DNA of 64,000 nucleotides from a virus, in the IMG/VR virus record IMGVR_UViG_3300021964_000036, positions 1 to 64,000 of that record, one strand, 5' to 3'. Below the pieces are notes generated by a model. That model did no database searches and was not told the DNA's origin. It saw only the letters and a list, made by a program, of their open reading frames with translations. Shown here piece after piece: positions 9,385 through 19,361 of the stretch; position 1 is the first letter of the stretch, and each line of letters opens with the position of its first letter. The position numbers were made by a program, and so were the translations under genes.

Positions 9385-10158
9385 ATGCCAAGAAGAAAAC
9401 CGAAACCAGAGAGGGTAGTCGAGGAAAAGATAAAAGAAAGCTTAGATTCTATCTTGCAAGATGAGAATCTTGATTTTGATGCGGTAACAGCTGATGAACT
9501 CCCTAGGCTGAAGACAACAGAACTTATGAACTTTAGTGAGGCTACCCAAACTACGGGTACTGATGCTAAGGGGGTTCTTGATTCTATAGTTAAGTTTTAT
9601 CTCGATGAGAATTTTATTGACCAAACTGATTACATCGAATACAAGAAAAAGATAGATTCGATGAACATTGCATCGATGATGCTTCAACTTAAAACCGCAC
9701 AACATGCGATAACAAAATTACTCGAAGAGATCGATCTTGGAAATGCAAATCCTAGGATGTTTGAAGTTCTTGCACAGTTGCAATCCCAAATTATGCAAAT
9801 GCCTAAAGACTACCAGACTTATGTCCAAAAGATGGAAGACGGTTATAAGGCAATTGCAACCCAAATTGAGGACAAAAGTAATTCTGGATCTTTTCATTTA
9901 GAACCTGGTGAGGATGGAAAAAACGTTTACAATCCGTCTTCTAACGATACCGGTGGAATCAAGGTCAGAGGAACCAAAGGATTAATGGAGGGACTTCGTG
10001 ATATTATTGGTTCTGAGATAGAAGATATTAAGGTTGATGATGTTGATGATAACGCAGTTGTTAACGCTAAGAAAAAAGCAGAAATTGATGCGGGTAGAAA
10101 TATATCAATGGATGAGGAGGATGGAGACCTCGAAATCGAGGATGATTTATTTGACTAA
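9385..10158 (+). CDS. terS: Terminase small subunit (T4 gp16-like)
   Basis: PRMFEVLAQL motif; directly upstream of large terminase. Confidence 0.6.
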   Translation: MPRRKPKPERVVEEKIKESLDSILQDENLDFDAVTADELPRLKTTELMNFSEATQTTGTDAKGVLDSIVKFYLDENFIDQTDYIEYKKKIDSMNIASMMLQLKTAQHAITKLLEEIDLGNANPRMFEVLAQLQSQIMQMPKDYQTYVQKMEDGYKAIATQIEDKSNSGSFHLEPGEDGKNVYNPSSNDTGGIKVRGTKGLMEGLRDIIGSEIEDIKVDDVDDNAVVNAKKKAEIDAGRNISMDEEDGDLEIEDDLFD

Positions 10159-10160
10159 GG

Positions 10161-11957
10161 ATGGCAGGAGAAAAAGAAAAAGACTCTAATTACTGGAGTA
10201 CCAAAAGGATCGAGGAACTTTTATTTAAAGTAGAGGAGGAAGGACTTGACTACAAGTCTGTGGATAATCCATTCCACGACGGTGACCCGGAATTAAAGAT
10301 GTCTAATCTTTTATATGAGTATTCCCAAGATGAGATCCTTGAGATGGAAAGATGTGCAAAAGATGTTGTATATTTTTCTAAGTATTGTAGAGTAATGACC
10401 GATGATGGTTTATTTTATGTAAAATTAAGGGATTACCAAGAATCTGTACTAAGGGAGTACCAGGCTAATAGGTTTAATATATTCTTAGCTCCAAGACAGG
10501 TTGGTAAATCAATTACTTCTGCTATAGTTCTTGTATGGTATTTGTTGTTTAATCATGACAAAAACGCAATGATACTTGCAAACGTTGGCTCTACTGCAGA
10601 GGAGTTAATGGATAAGATCAAAGCAATAGTAAGGGGTCTTCCGTGGTTTCTTAAGCCTGGAATAGTAGTTAATAATGTTATGTCAATGAAGTTTGATAAT
10701 GGATGTAGGGCAATCGCAAAGACTACTACCAAGACTTCAGCAATTGGTTTTACAATTCACTTTCTTTACATGGATGAGTTTGCACACATCCATCCGAACT
10801 TCATAGAGTCATTCTTTAGATCAACTTATCCCACTGTTTCTTCCTCTAAGGTTTCTCGAATTATTATTACATCTACTCCAAATGGGATGAATAAATTCTA
10901 TGAAATTTACAAGGGTGCTGTAGATGGTGAAAACAGTTTCAATCCAGTTCGGGTAGATTGGTGGCAAGTCCCCGGTAGAGATGAGGAGTGGAAGAAGCAA
11001 GAAATTGCTAACCTCGGTTCACAAGAGCTTTTCAATCAAGAATATGGTAACCAATTTCTAAGTTCATCTACGCTCCTATTAGGTTCAAATGAACTTAAAA
11101 AGATAAAGGCAAATGAGGTAGAATATGAATGGAGGGATATTGATGTATTGGAGGATACTGGTTTTTCATATGAAAATTTCAGGTGGCACCCCAAATTCCA
11201 ATTATCGGGCGAATCCCTCTTGAAAAATAGATTTGTTCTTTCCGTTGATCTTGCTGGTGGTGGAAAGGGTGATTTTACAGTGCTAAACGTTTTCAAAGTC
11301 GTACCATTACCTAAGAGGGTAATTGAAAATATGGATGACTACCAGGACGAATCAGACTTTTTTGGACTGTTACAAATAGGGATTTATCGGGACAATGAAA
11401 TAGAGGTTGAGGACTTTAAGAAAATACTTGAGGCTGTGGTTGTTCGGTTGTTTAACCCAGAGAACGTAAGAGTTTTGCTTGAGGTAAATTTCAAAGGGGA
11501 GCTTTTAATTGATAAGCTAACAACTAATGACGATTTCCCACTTGAGACCTTTGTACACACGAAACACACCGAATCCGCTAGAATGAGGAAGCCTGGCATT
11601 AAGTACAACGAGAAGAATAAGATGAAATACTGTGAGATTCTAAGATCTCAAATGAGATTAAACAGGGTTATTATTAATGAATCCTCATGGACAATCCCAG
11701 AGCTTTTCTCTTTTGGTCTTAATAGTAGAGGAACGTATTCAAGTCAGTCTGGTCATGATGATGTTGCCATGACTATTGTTAACCTGTCTGGGATGTTCGA
11801 ATCATCTGATTTTTATGACCTTGTTGGTGAATTATATGACGATCTTGGAGAATCCACTTATAGGGATTTGATTGATTTAAAACTGGAAGAAGGAAATCCC
11901 GATGGTGATGTTACTAAAGAGGGTGGATTCTATGGTTCTTTTAGCCAGTTGCTCTAA
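10161..11957 (+). CDS. terL: Terminase large subunit (T4 gp17-like)
   Basis: LRDYQ, PRQVGKS Walker A, YMDEFAH Walker B, ITSTPNG, nuclease VDLA and HDD. Confidence 0.95.
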   Translation: MAGEKEKDSNYWSTKRIEELLFKVEEEGLDYKSVDNPFHDGDPELKMSNLLYEYSQDEILEMERCAKDVVYFSKYCRVMTDDGLFYVKLRDYQESVLREYQANRFNIFLAPRQVGKSITSAIVLVWYLLFNHDKNAMILANVGSTAEELMDKIKAIVRGLPWFLKPGIVVNNVMSMKFDNGCRAIAKTTTKTSAIGFTIHFLYMDEFAHIHPNFIESFFRSTYPTVSSSKVSRIIITSTPNGMNKFYEIYKGAVDGENSFNPVRVDWWQVPGRDEEWKKQEIANLGSQELFNQEYGNQFLSSSTLLLGSNELKKIKANEVEYEWRDIDVLEDTGFSYENFRWHPKFQLSGESLLKNRFVLSVDLAGGGKGDFTVLNVFKVVPLPKRVIENMDDYQDESDFFGLLQIGIYRDNEIEVEDFKKILEAVVVRLFNPENVRVLLEVNFKGELLIDKLTTNDDFPLETFVHTKHTESARMRKPGIKYNEKNKMKYCEILRSQMRLNRVIINESSWTIPELFSFGLNSRGTYSSQSGHDDVAMTIVNLSGMFESSDFYDLVGELYDDLGESTYRDLIDLKLEEGNPDGDVTKEGGFYGSFSQLL

Positions 11958-12025
11958 ATAATTTACTTTGCCTGATATATACATTTACTAACCTAGTAGC
12001 ATACAAAAATGCTAGTTTTGGTTTA

Positions 12026-12033
12026 GATATATA
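12026..12033 (+). promoter_or_regulatory. Putative late promoter GATATATA (second copy at 11974-11981)
   Basis: Motif upstream of sheath gene. Confidence 0.7.
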
Positions 12034-12060
12034 GTAGGCAAAAATATCTCTTGTACAATA

Positions 12061-15000
12061 ATGGCAAAGAAAATCAAACTGGATTTATCCCAATTTAAAG
12101 CATCAGGAGTCTATACACTTGAGTTTGACGCTTCAGAAAACGTCATCTTAACGTCCCAGACTATAAGATTGGTGGTGGGATTTTCGAATAAAGGACCTTT
12201 TAATGCTCCCGTGTATTTACCAGACGTAACTACAGCGGTAGCAATTTTTGGTGAAATCGATAAGACTTTAGAGGCTAAAGGATCTTACTTTCATAGATCA
12301 ATATTTGCGTGTTTAAACACTGGACCCGTATTTGCTTTGAATCTAATGAACCTCAATAACAATATTGACAGTCCAACTGCGGATGTTGTAAACTATTTTG
12401 GTTATTCAATCGATACTGAGCAATCGAACGGGGTTTTAACCTCTAAATTATACTCTTCTTTCTATAATAAAGAGAGATTCTGGTTTGCTGACACTGATTA
12501 TTTCCTAGCAACACTTTCTGCAGTTGACACGGGAAGACTATTTAACCTAGTTAATCTTGGTAAGGAGTCTATGAGTGTTATTGTTAGGAAGTCGACTGAT
12601 GCTGTACAACCGCTACAAGGTTTTGATGTTTTTGCAATTGATTGGTATGGAGCAGAAAACGTGCCTAGCTTCATGCACCCCTACGATTATATTTCTGACT
12701 ACTTTATTGATGTTATATCGGTATCTGGAGATTGGACTGATTATGAGACATTATCGTTAGATCCTAAATGGAGTTCTTATTTCACTAGGAATGGATTTAT
12801 TAAGAGTCAAATCAATAATTTCCTATCCCAACCAGATGTAAATATAGTTGCTTCGACAACTGGGTGTTTAATCCCAGATTTTGTTGACCTAAATGGTAAC
12901 AACCAATACATCCAAACACTTATTAACAACAATACTCCATCAACTGGATTATTCTGTGCAGTAGATGAGGATGCAATGGATGATATTTGCACTAACCCCT
13001 ATAAAATTGATCTTGTAGGACACCACTTGATTGATGAACTTACAGCAGATAGAGATATTGCTGACGCAAGACTTAATTTCTTAAGTTATGATCAGAATCT
13101 TACTGCTGACTATTTATACACCCAAAAGGTAACAACAATTACTGATGCTGCTACTGGAGCATCTGGAGCTTCTCCAGATTCAATTAACGTTGGTACCTTA
13201 TTTACAGTTGGTGCAACATCAACTTATGGAATAGGTGCTACTGCATTTGATGCTTATGATGCTTCCCTTAAATATGGTGGATTACACTATGTTATAACAA
13301 ACACTGGAGTTACTGGAGCATCTCTAACAACAGCTGAGAAGAACGAACTAGCATCTTTTGCAACTCCTAGCGCTACCTCCTCTCCATTCATTATAGGTAC
13401 TGTTACTGGTCTATCCGGATTAACTGGTTCGGTTATAAACCAATTCTCAGAAAATGATTTGGTAAAATTAAAAATAGCAGGTGTCATACAGACTGGCGGA
13501 GAAGTGCTTCTAACATGGACACACCCACTTGATACTGCATCCTATTCAGCCCAAGGCATATCAGTTACACCTTACAGTAATATGGTTGGTGCTACTTCTG
13601 GTTATGTTTCTGCTGATTACTATCAAATTACTTCTTCAGATTATCTTGACATAACTGAAGTAAATCCAGCAACAGGAGCAACTGCAGGTACACCTAATAA
13701 TGTATTAACTGGGCAGCTTAGCACTGCATTTTACCAAGACCTTTTATATGGAGAATTAGAGGACGGTGACCAGATTTGGTTAAATGATACCGGAAGTTCT
13801 GTAAACTACATTTCATACCAAAGTACAATTGATAGAGACCAATTCGCGGTTTCCTACGCTAGAACGTTTAATAATGTTTCTAGACAAAGCCCAGATCAGC
13901 TTACAGACTACCCTGCTTTTGGTACTGTTTATGCTTCTGACAATATAGGTGCTTCTGTAAGCAGCGATAAGACAGATATTATTTCTTCAGTAGGATCTAT
14001 TAACCAGTTTATCGACGTGATAACACAAATAGATCCAACTAACTTCACTATATCTTCTTCTCCTTCATCGCCAATAGCTGTTGGAGATCTTATAGTATCT
14101 ACGGATCAGGATATTTGTGAAACTGTTGGTAGCAATAGGCAATATAGGTTAACAAGAGTTACTTCAGTTGCTCAAACAACAACGCCAAACGTTGTCCAAG
14201 TAACAACTGCAAGGCCACTTTACTACTATGCTGGAAGCCCAATCCAAGTACAGAAGTTCAAATCAATTCCGCAATTTACTAGGTCTTTTGATTTCACTTA
14301 CTTAAATGGGTTTACCATGAGAGATTCTCACAGACCAAATGGTACTGATGCTAGAGTTTCTGAAATCCTTGATGTTATGTACAATACTAACATCGCAGCA
14401 ACACTTGCTGCTAAGGACGTAATATCATTCAGATACATTGTTGATACGTTTAGCGGACAAATACTTCCGAATTCTAAGTATCAATTAAGTAAGCTTGCGA
14501 TGATGAGACAAAAAGCTTTAGCACTTATCAACGCACCATCAATGGAGCAGTTTAGAGCATCTACAGATCCTAGATTTACTGATGCACCAACTCAGACTAA
14601 CCCATATCCTTCCCTGAAGGCTCAATACATTTCAGAGGGTGGTAATTTATCGCTTAATCCTTCTTATACCTTCAGTTTACCAACTGAAGACCAGGGAGCA
14701 AAATTTGCTGCGTTCTATACTCCTTATCTTACAGTAAGGGAAAACAATAGAAACGTTAATGTACCACCAGCAGCTTATATTTCTAATAACTTTGTAAGAA
14801 AATTTGCAAACGGTGAACCCTACAGTATTATTGCTGGTCAGAAAAGAGGGGTTATCTCGGGACAAAATTTAGTTGGCCTTGAATATGATTTCACTGACGA
14901 AGATAGAGGATGGTTGGAGCCAGTAGGTCTTAATCCGATTATTAAAAGAAGAGGCCTTGGCGTAGTTATCTTTGGTAACCAAACTGCTTATCAAACTGTT

Positions 15001-15348
15001 AACTCAGCATTTAACCTCGTACATGTGAGGGACCTTCTCATTAGTGTTGAGAATGATGTTGAGGAAATCATGGCAAACTATCTCTTTGATTTCAATGAGG
15101 ATTCTATCAGACTTGAAATCAAGACTTTGGTTGATAACTACCTTGATGGTGTAAGAGCTGGTGGCGGTATTTATGCTTACCAGGTTATTATGGATTCTTC
15201 CAACAATCCGCCTTCAATCATCGACCAAAACATTGGAATTATCGACGTTATTATCGAACCTGCTAGAGGTATCCAAAAGTTCATAAACAGAATTACAGTA
15301 ACAAGAACTGGTGGTATCGCTGCTGGAGGATTTATTCAGTTTGCTTAA
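12061..15348 (+). CDS. Tail sheath protein (gp18-like)
   Basis: SGVYTLEFD, VGFSNKGPFN, VPPAAY, AGQKRG, FGNQT, FDFNE. Confidence 0.93.
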   Translation: MAKKIKLDLSQFKASGVYTLEFDASENVILTSQTIRLVVGFSNKGPFNAPVYLPDVTTAVAIFGEIDKTLEAKGSYFHRSIFACLNTGPVFALNLMNLNNNIDSPTADVVNYFGYSIDTEQSNGVLTSKLYSSFYNKERFWFADTDYFLATLSAVDTGRLFNLVNLGKESMSVIVRKSTDAVQPLQGFDVFAIDWYGAENVPSFMHPYDYISDYFIDVISVSGDWTDYETLSLDPKWSSYFTRNGFIKSQINNFLSQPDVNIVASTTGCLIPDFVDLNGNNQYIQTLINNNTPSTGLFCAVDEDAMDDICTNPYKIDLVGHHLIDELTADRDIADARLNFLSYDQNLTADYLYTQKVTTITDAATGASGASPDSINVGTLFTVGATSTYGIGATAFDAYDASLKYGGLHYVITNTGVTGASLTTAEKNELASFATPSATSSPFIIGTVTGLSGLTGSVINQFSENDLVKLKIAGVIQTGGEVLLTWTHPLDTASYSAQGISVTPYSNMVGATSGYVSADYYQITSSDYLDITEVNPATGATAGTPNNVLTGQLSTAFYQDLLYGELEDGDQIWLNDTGSSVNYISYQSTIDRDQFAVSYARTFNNVSRQSPDQLTDYPAFGTVYASDNIGASVSSDKTDIISSVGSINQFIDVITQIDPTNFTISSSPSSPIAVGDLIVSTDQDICETVGSNRQYRLTRVTSVAQTTTPNVVQVTTARPLYYYAGSPIQVQKFKSIPQFTRSFDFTYLNGFTMRDSHRPNGTDARVSEILDVMYNTNIAATLAAKDVISFRYIVDTFSGQILPNSKYQLSKLAMMRQKALALINAPSMEQFRASTDPRFTDAPTQTNPYPSLKAQYISEGGNLSLNPSYTFSLPTEDQGAKFAAFYTPYLTVRENNRNVNVPPAAYISNNFVRKFANGEPYSIIAGQKRGVISGQNLVGLEYDFTDEDRGWLEPVGLNPIIKRRGLGVVIFGNQTAYQTVNSAFNLVHVRDLLISVENDVEEIMANYLFDFNEDSIRLEIKTLVDNYLDGVRAGGGIYAYQVIMDSSNNPPSIIDQNIGIIDVIIEPARGIQKFINRITVTRTGGIAAGGFIQFA

Positions 15349-15369
15349 TTTCTTAAATTAGAAAAATAG

Positions 15370-15377
15370 GATAAATA
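15370..15377 (+). promoter_or_regulatory. Late promoter variant GATAAATA
   Basis: Upstream of tail tube genes. Confidence 0.55.
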
Positions 15378-15396
15378 TAAAAAAAGGAAAAACTAA

Positions 15397-15951
15397 ATGG
15401 CTGGTTTACCACATTACCAAAACTCCATAAACTCGGTTAATAAATTCGAGCCAGTTTATCTCAATCAGTTTGAGGTAAACGTTATACCGCCTGCGGCTGT
15501 AGCTGGAGGTCCGGTTTTGCTTGAACAGGTTGTTTCTGTAAGCGGTTTGGACGTGGATAAAAATCCTAGCTTTGTTTCCCAGAAGTACAAGTTTGCAAAA
15601 AGGAATTATGCTGGAGGTAAGCCAGACACTACTACCCTAGATCTTGGATTGAAGTTCACAGTAAACCTTGATGATGCTAATTCCATGTATGTCTTCAAAA
15701 CAATGAGGCAATGGACGGATTTAATATACAATCCATTAACAGGCGCCCAAGGTATTAAAGCTGATTACACCGGTACGATAGTGGTATCTGTATTTAATAA
15801 AAGCGGTGATGTATTCAGAAGAATTACCCTTAAGGATTGCTTCCCTCTAAAAGCAATTGATCCGATGGAGCTAGAATATGTAAATGGTACTACCCTCTAT
15901 GAAATCAATATGACTTGGGCAGTTGATTATTGGGATGATCTTTTCCTTTAA
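15397..15951 (+). CDS. Tail tube protein 1 (gp19-like)
   Basis: Follows sheath; NQFEV, RNYAG, QWTDLIYNPLTG, WAVDYW. Confidence 0.85.
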   Translation: MAGLPHYQNSINSVNKFEPVYLNQFEVNVIPPAAVAGGPVLLEQVVSVSGLDVDKNPSFVSQKYKFAKRNYAGGKPDTTTLDLGLKFTVNLDDANSMYVFKTMRQWTDLIYNPLTGAQGIKADYTGTIVVSVFNKSGDVFRRITLKDCFPLKAIDPMELEYVNGTTLYEINMTWAVDYWDDLFL

Positions 15952-15967
15952 AATAAAAAAAGCATAA

Positions 15968-16546
15968 ATGGCAGGCTTACCACATTTTAATAACTCTAAG
16001 GCAGCAAGGAATAACTACGAACCGGTTTTCTTAAATCAGTTTGAAGTTTTGATTACCCCACCAAATGGAATAAATCTTGCTAACACCACTTTTAAGGGAG
16101 AAAACATTCTCACTCAGCAAGTGAAGAGTATATCTGCCCTGCAAGTTGATATACAACCGGCAGATGCTGTAACACAGTACTATAAGTTTGCAGAAAGAAG
16201 ATACGCTGGTGGTGAACCTTCAACTTCTGATGTGCAATTTAATATGTCTTTTGAGGTAAACCTGAATGACGATAATTCTATGGTCCTTTATAAGGTTTTA
16301 AGACAGTGGTCTGACCTAATATACAATCCATTAACTGGAGCAATGGGTTTAAAAAGAGATTATGTGGGTTCGATGGTAGTTTCAGTATTCAATAAACAAG
16401 GTGATGTTTTTAGAAGGATTACTCTTAATAATTGTTTTTTAGTAGAACCAATTACACCAATGAACCTTTCTTATGATACTGGTGATGCCCTCTACACGAT
16501 CGACACAACTTGGAAGTCTGATTACTGGAACGATCTATTCCTATAA
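15968..16546 (+). CDS. Tail tube protein 2 (paralogue)
   Basis: Colinear with tube 1 (MAGLPH, QWSDLIYNPLTGA, GDVFRRITL). Confidence 0.85.
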   Translation: MAGLPHFNNSKAARNNYEPVFLNQFEVLITPPNGINLANTTFKGENILTQQVKSISALQVDIQPADAVTQYYKFAERRYAGGEPSTSDVQFNMSFEVNLNDDNSMVLYKVLRQWSDLIYNPLTGAMGLKRDYVGSMVVSVFNKQGDVFRRITLNNCFLVEPITPMNLSYDTGDALYTIDTTWKSDYWNDLFL

Positions 16547-16549
16547 CAG

Positions 16550-16577
16550 GAAACTTAATTCTAATTTTTTTCTATAA
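16550..16577 (+). promoter_or_regulatory. Middle-type promoter GAAAC-N18-TATAA; late variant GGTATATA at 16600
   Basis: Motif match. Confidence 0.55.
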
Positions 16578-16622
16578 TTTGTGGTTTTTATACCCTAGCG
16601 GTATATAAAGAAAAATGCAAGC

Positions 16623-17678
16623 ATGTCAGATAATAACCTTTCGCCTGAGGAGATTTTAAGGGAAAAAGAAATTTCTGGTGGTATTAAATACGACGACCCC
16701 AGTGAATTAGACCTTGATACCGAGCTACAGGAAAATATTTACCCCCAGCAAGAAGTTGTAGAGTCAGAACCTCTTGGAAATGTCCACGAGAAAAGTATGG
16801 AGAGTAAACCTTATGTACAAGATTCTGAAACTAAGCCTTTGGATCTTGGTTGGAAGAATCTACCCATGAATATGCTTCCGTCAAAAGGTCTTTTTTATCC
16901 TGAACCAACTAGAGTAGCAATTAGACCAGCTGAGGTAAGGGAAATTAGACAATTCTCTACTATAGACGAGGATGATATGCTAGATATAGACAATAAGCTT
17001 AATTTCATTCTTGAAACCTGCTGTAGAGTAAAGTTTAGTGAAAGTGGTGGTGTTGTTTCGTATAAAGATCTCAAGCAGGAGGATAGGTTCTTCATTATCA
17101 TGGCAATTAGGGATTTAACCTTTGTAAAGGGCGAAAATAGAATAATTGTAAATCCCGATGGTGGTTGTACAACTAAGGGATGTACTGGAATGGAAGGGAT
17201 AGAGTTAAGAACGGGTGTTTTGAGTAATTACGAGATAGATCAGAACCTTTTGAAGTACTATTCATCAACCGAAAGGACTTTCGCTTTCCCTATAAGGAGA
17301 ATAGGGAAGACAATTAAACTTGCTCCTCCATCAATCGGTGTTACCAAAGCGATAGCCTCTTTTGTTGCTGACTCTGTTGCAAGGGGTGAAGAGGTTGATA
17401 AGAGCTTTATAAAGATAGCCCCATTTTATTTCAATGAATGGAGGGGGTTAGACTATTTTAAAATAAAGGAAGCAATGGTTTCATCCTCCGAAGAATGGAC
17501 TAAGGAAGAGTTTTCTGCTTATTTTGAATTGGCTGAAAGGATTAAGATAGGAACAAACTTAAAGGTAAGAGTAAAATGCGATGCTTGCGGTGATGGGGAG
17601 GTCACCGCCCCAATTTACTTTCCCTCAGGGTTCAGATCTCTTTTCGTTATTTCAAATATCTTTGGAGAATTATTTTGA
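16623..17678 (+). CDS. Baseplate hub / tail assembly protein (gp26-like)
   Basis: LPSKGLFY, DRFFIIMAIR, two Cys pairs (CTTKGC, CDAC); position after tubes. Confidence 0.65.
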   Translation: MSDNNLSPEEILREKEISGGIKYDDPSELDLDTELQENIYPQQEVVESEPLGNVHEKSMESKPYVQDSETKPLDLGWKNLPMNMLPSKGLFYPEPTRVAIRPAEVREIRQFSTIDEDDMLDIDNKLNFILETCCRVKFSESGGVVSYKDLKQEDRFFIIMAIRDLTFVKGENRIIVNPDGGCTTKGCTGMEGIELRTGVLSNYEIDQNLLKYYSSTERTFAFPIRRIGKTIKLAPPSIGVTKAIASFVADSVARGEEVDKSFIKIAPFYFNEWRGLDYFKIKEAMVSSSEEWTKEEFSAYFELAERIKIGTNLKVRVKCDACGDGEVTAPIYFPSGFRSLFVISNIFGELF

Positions 17679-17853
17679 TCTAAAATTCAGACTTTGGAGG
17701 GAGCATTCAATAGACCCAGGCTGGCTAGAGTCTGTCCCATTCTACGAATACCAAATTTGGATCGATAAGCTTAACGATTCGGTAGAGGAGGAAAATAAAA
17801 GGAAGCTTCAAGAGAGTGGCCAAACAGAGGTATTCAGTTTTAGCAAAAAGTGA
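17662..17853 (+). CDS. Small hub assembly protein (gp51-like); start uncertain (TTG 17662 or frameshift)
   Basis: LENYF..F.L...H.....LESVPFYEYQIW..KL...VEEEN resembles the short gene after gp26 in T4-like phages. Confidence 0.55.
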   Translation: MENYFDLKFRLWREHSIDPGWLESVPFYEYQIWIDKLNDSVEEENKRKLQESGQTEVFSFSKK

Positions 17854-17868
17854 TAATCTTTAATATTA

Positions 17869-17876
17869 GATATATA
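17869..17876 (+). promoter_or_regulatory. Putative late promoter GATATATA
   Basis: Motif match. Confidence 0.7.
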
Positions 17877-17899
17877 GTTGGAAAATAACCGACCAGTAA

Positions 17900-19279
17900 A
17901 TGGCAAACGGATCCGACAGATTATTAAAGGAGCTAAGTACACTTTCTTCAAATTTCGATTCACTTTATCAGGAACTTAAAGAGTCCACTAAGGCAAACAT
18001 AGAGTCATCTGAGGGTGTCAAGAATCTAGTAAACGACCTAAAGAAAGGAAATGCCCCAGAAACACAGGACCTAGAAAAGGTGTTCAGAAGCTTTACCGAA
18101 TCTTTTTCTAAAACTATAGCTTCTCAGAACGATAAGCTTATTAGCAATCTAACTGAAAATATTTCAAAGTCTCTTACCGGGTCTGCTTCAGATTTTATTT
18201 CAAAGCTACCTAGCCAAGTTGCTCAGGTGAAAGCGGGTCAACCTATCGATTTTAAAAGCATTTTGGGTAGCGGTACTATAAAAAATGCTTTGTCTGGGGT
18301 AATACCAAAAATACCTGGATTAAAGGACGGGGGTACTATTGAAGGTAATGGAATTGCGGTTGTCGGTGAGGATGGACCAGAGCTTGTTAAACTGGACAAA
18401 GGCAATAAAGTTAGGACCATGGAAGAGCAGATGTTGGATATGATGATTGAGGAGGAGAGGGAAAGGAATATAAAACTTGGTAGAATTGTACAGCAAAACC
18501 CATTGCAATCTGCCTTATCCAAGATCACAACCGATTCTAAGCTAATTAGCGAATTTATAGAATATTCTCAAAAGGATCTTGACAAGAGTGATCAACAAGA
18601 ATTGTTAGCTGATCCGGATTACCTTAAAGACGAATTCGATTATTTTTTAAGTGAAAGAGACCGAGAATATTTTACCCAGGAGGATCTTAAAAAGCTATCT
18701 CCAGATTACAAGCCTCCTAAAACAGAGATTATTAAGGATACTGAAATCCTTAAAACTCCAACCCCAACCCCTGCAGCTCAAGAGGTTATCAATCCTGTAG
18801 AAGCTGAACCTGCTGTCAAGAATGAAGAAGTGAAAGCTAAACCTAAGGTTAATTTCAGTCTTGATAAATTAAAGTCCATAACAGCTTTAGGTAAGGAAAA
18901 ACTCGAAGCTGCAAAGAATGGTACAGGAGTGATTGGACAAGCAGTGAATTCTGTACAGGAATTAAAATCAAAAATGCCAGGTTCCCCTGCAAAGGATGCT
19001 GATACTGATTCAGGACCTGGACAATCAGCCAGTGCTATAGAAAGAATAAAGGAGATAGCGGGTAGCTTGAAAAATAATTCTACTACAACACCAGCACCAG
19101 GGGTTGTTAAAAAATCTGAAGCCTCTACTACCAGTGCAGTTACTCCTTCAACTAGTACGATTACATCTAAGGATGCTCAGGAAATTAAATCCTTGCTTGC
19201 CTCTATTTACCAGGCACTAAGATCCCCTCTCACAGTTGCAAGCGATATCCCATTTAGGCCTTCGGGAAACAACTTCTAA
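17900..19279 (+). CDS. Tape-measure/hub-like tail protein
   Basis: Helical; PGLKDGG...VVGEDGPELV motif common in tape-measure proteins; tail context. Confidence 0.5.
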   Translation: MANGSDRLLKELSTLSSNFDSLYQELKESTKANIESSEGVKNLVNDLKKGNAPETQDLEKVFRSFTESFSKTIASQNDKLISNLTENISKSLTGSASDFISKLPSQVAQVKAGQPIDFKSILGSGTIKNALSGVIPKIPGLKDGGTIEGNGIAVVGEDGPELVKLDKGNKVRTMEEQMLDMMIEEERERNIKLGRIVQQNPLQSALSKITTDSKLISEFIEYSQKDLDKSDQQELLADPDYLKDEFDYFLSERDREYFTQEDLKKLSPDYKPPKTEIIKDTEILKTPTPTPAAQEVINPVEAEPAVKNEEVKAKPKVNFSLDKLKSITALGKEKLEAAKNGTGVIGQAVNSVQELKSKMPGSPAKDADTDSGPGQSASAIERIKEIAGSLKNNSTTTPAPGVVKKSEASTTSAVTPSTSTITSKDAQEIKSLLASIYQALRSPLTVASDIPFRPSGNNF

Positions 19280-19321
19280 CAATTGTTTATAACTTCATTT
19301 TTTCCAAACGGTGGAAAATTG

Positions 19322-19329
19322 TATATTTG
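19322..19329 (+). promoter_or_regulatory. Bacteroidota housekeeping-type -7 element TAnnTTTG (putative early promoter)
   Basis: TATATTTG preceded by a T-tract; equivalent at 33679 and 40772. Confidence 0.6.
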
Positions 19330-19361
19330 TTTCTCAACTACCTTTTAATCCTGAACCGCAA

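Noticed and set aside
10161-11957. Intron or intein in terminase (also checked portal, capsid, ligase)
   Set aside because: Lengths are normal, motifs continuous and no homing endonuclease motifs seen
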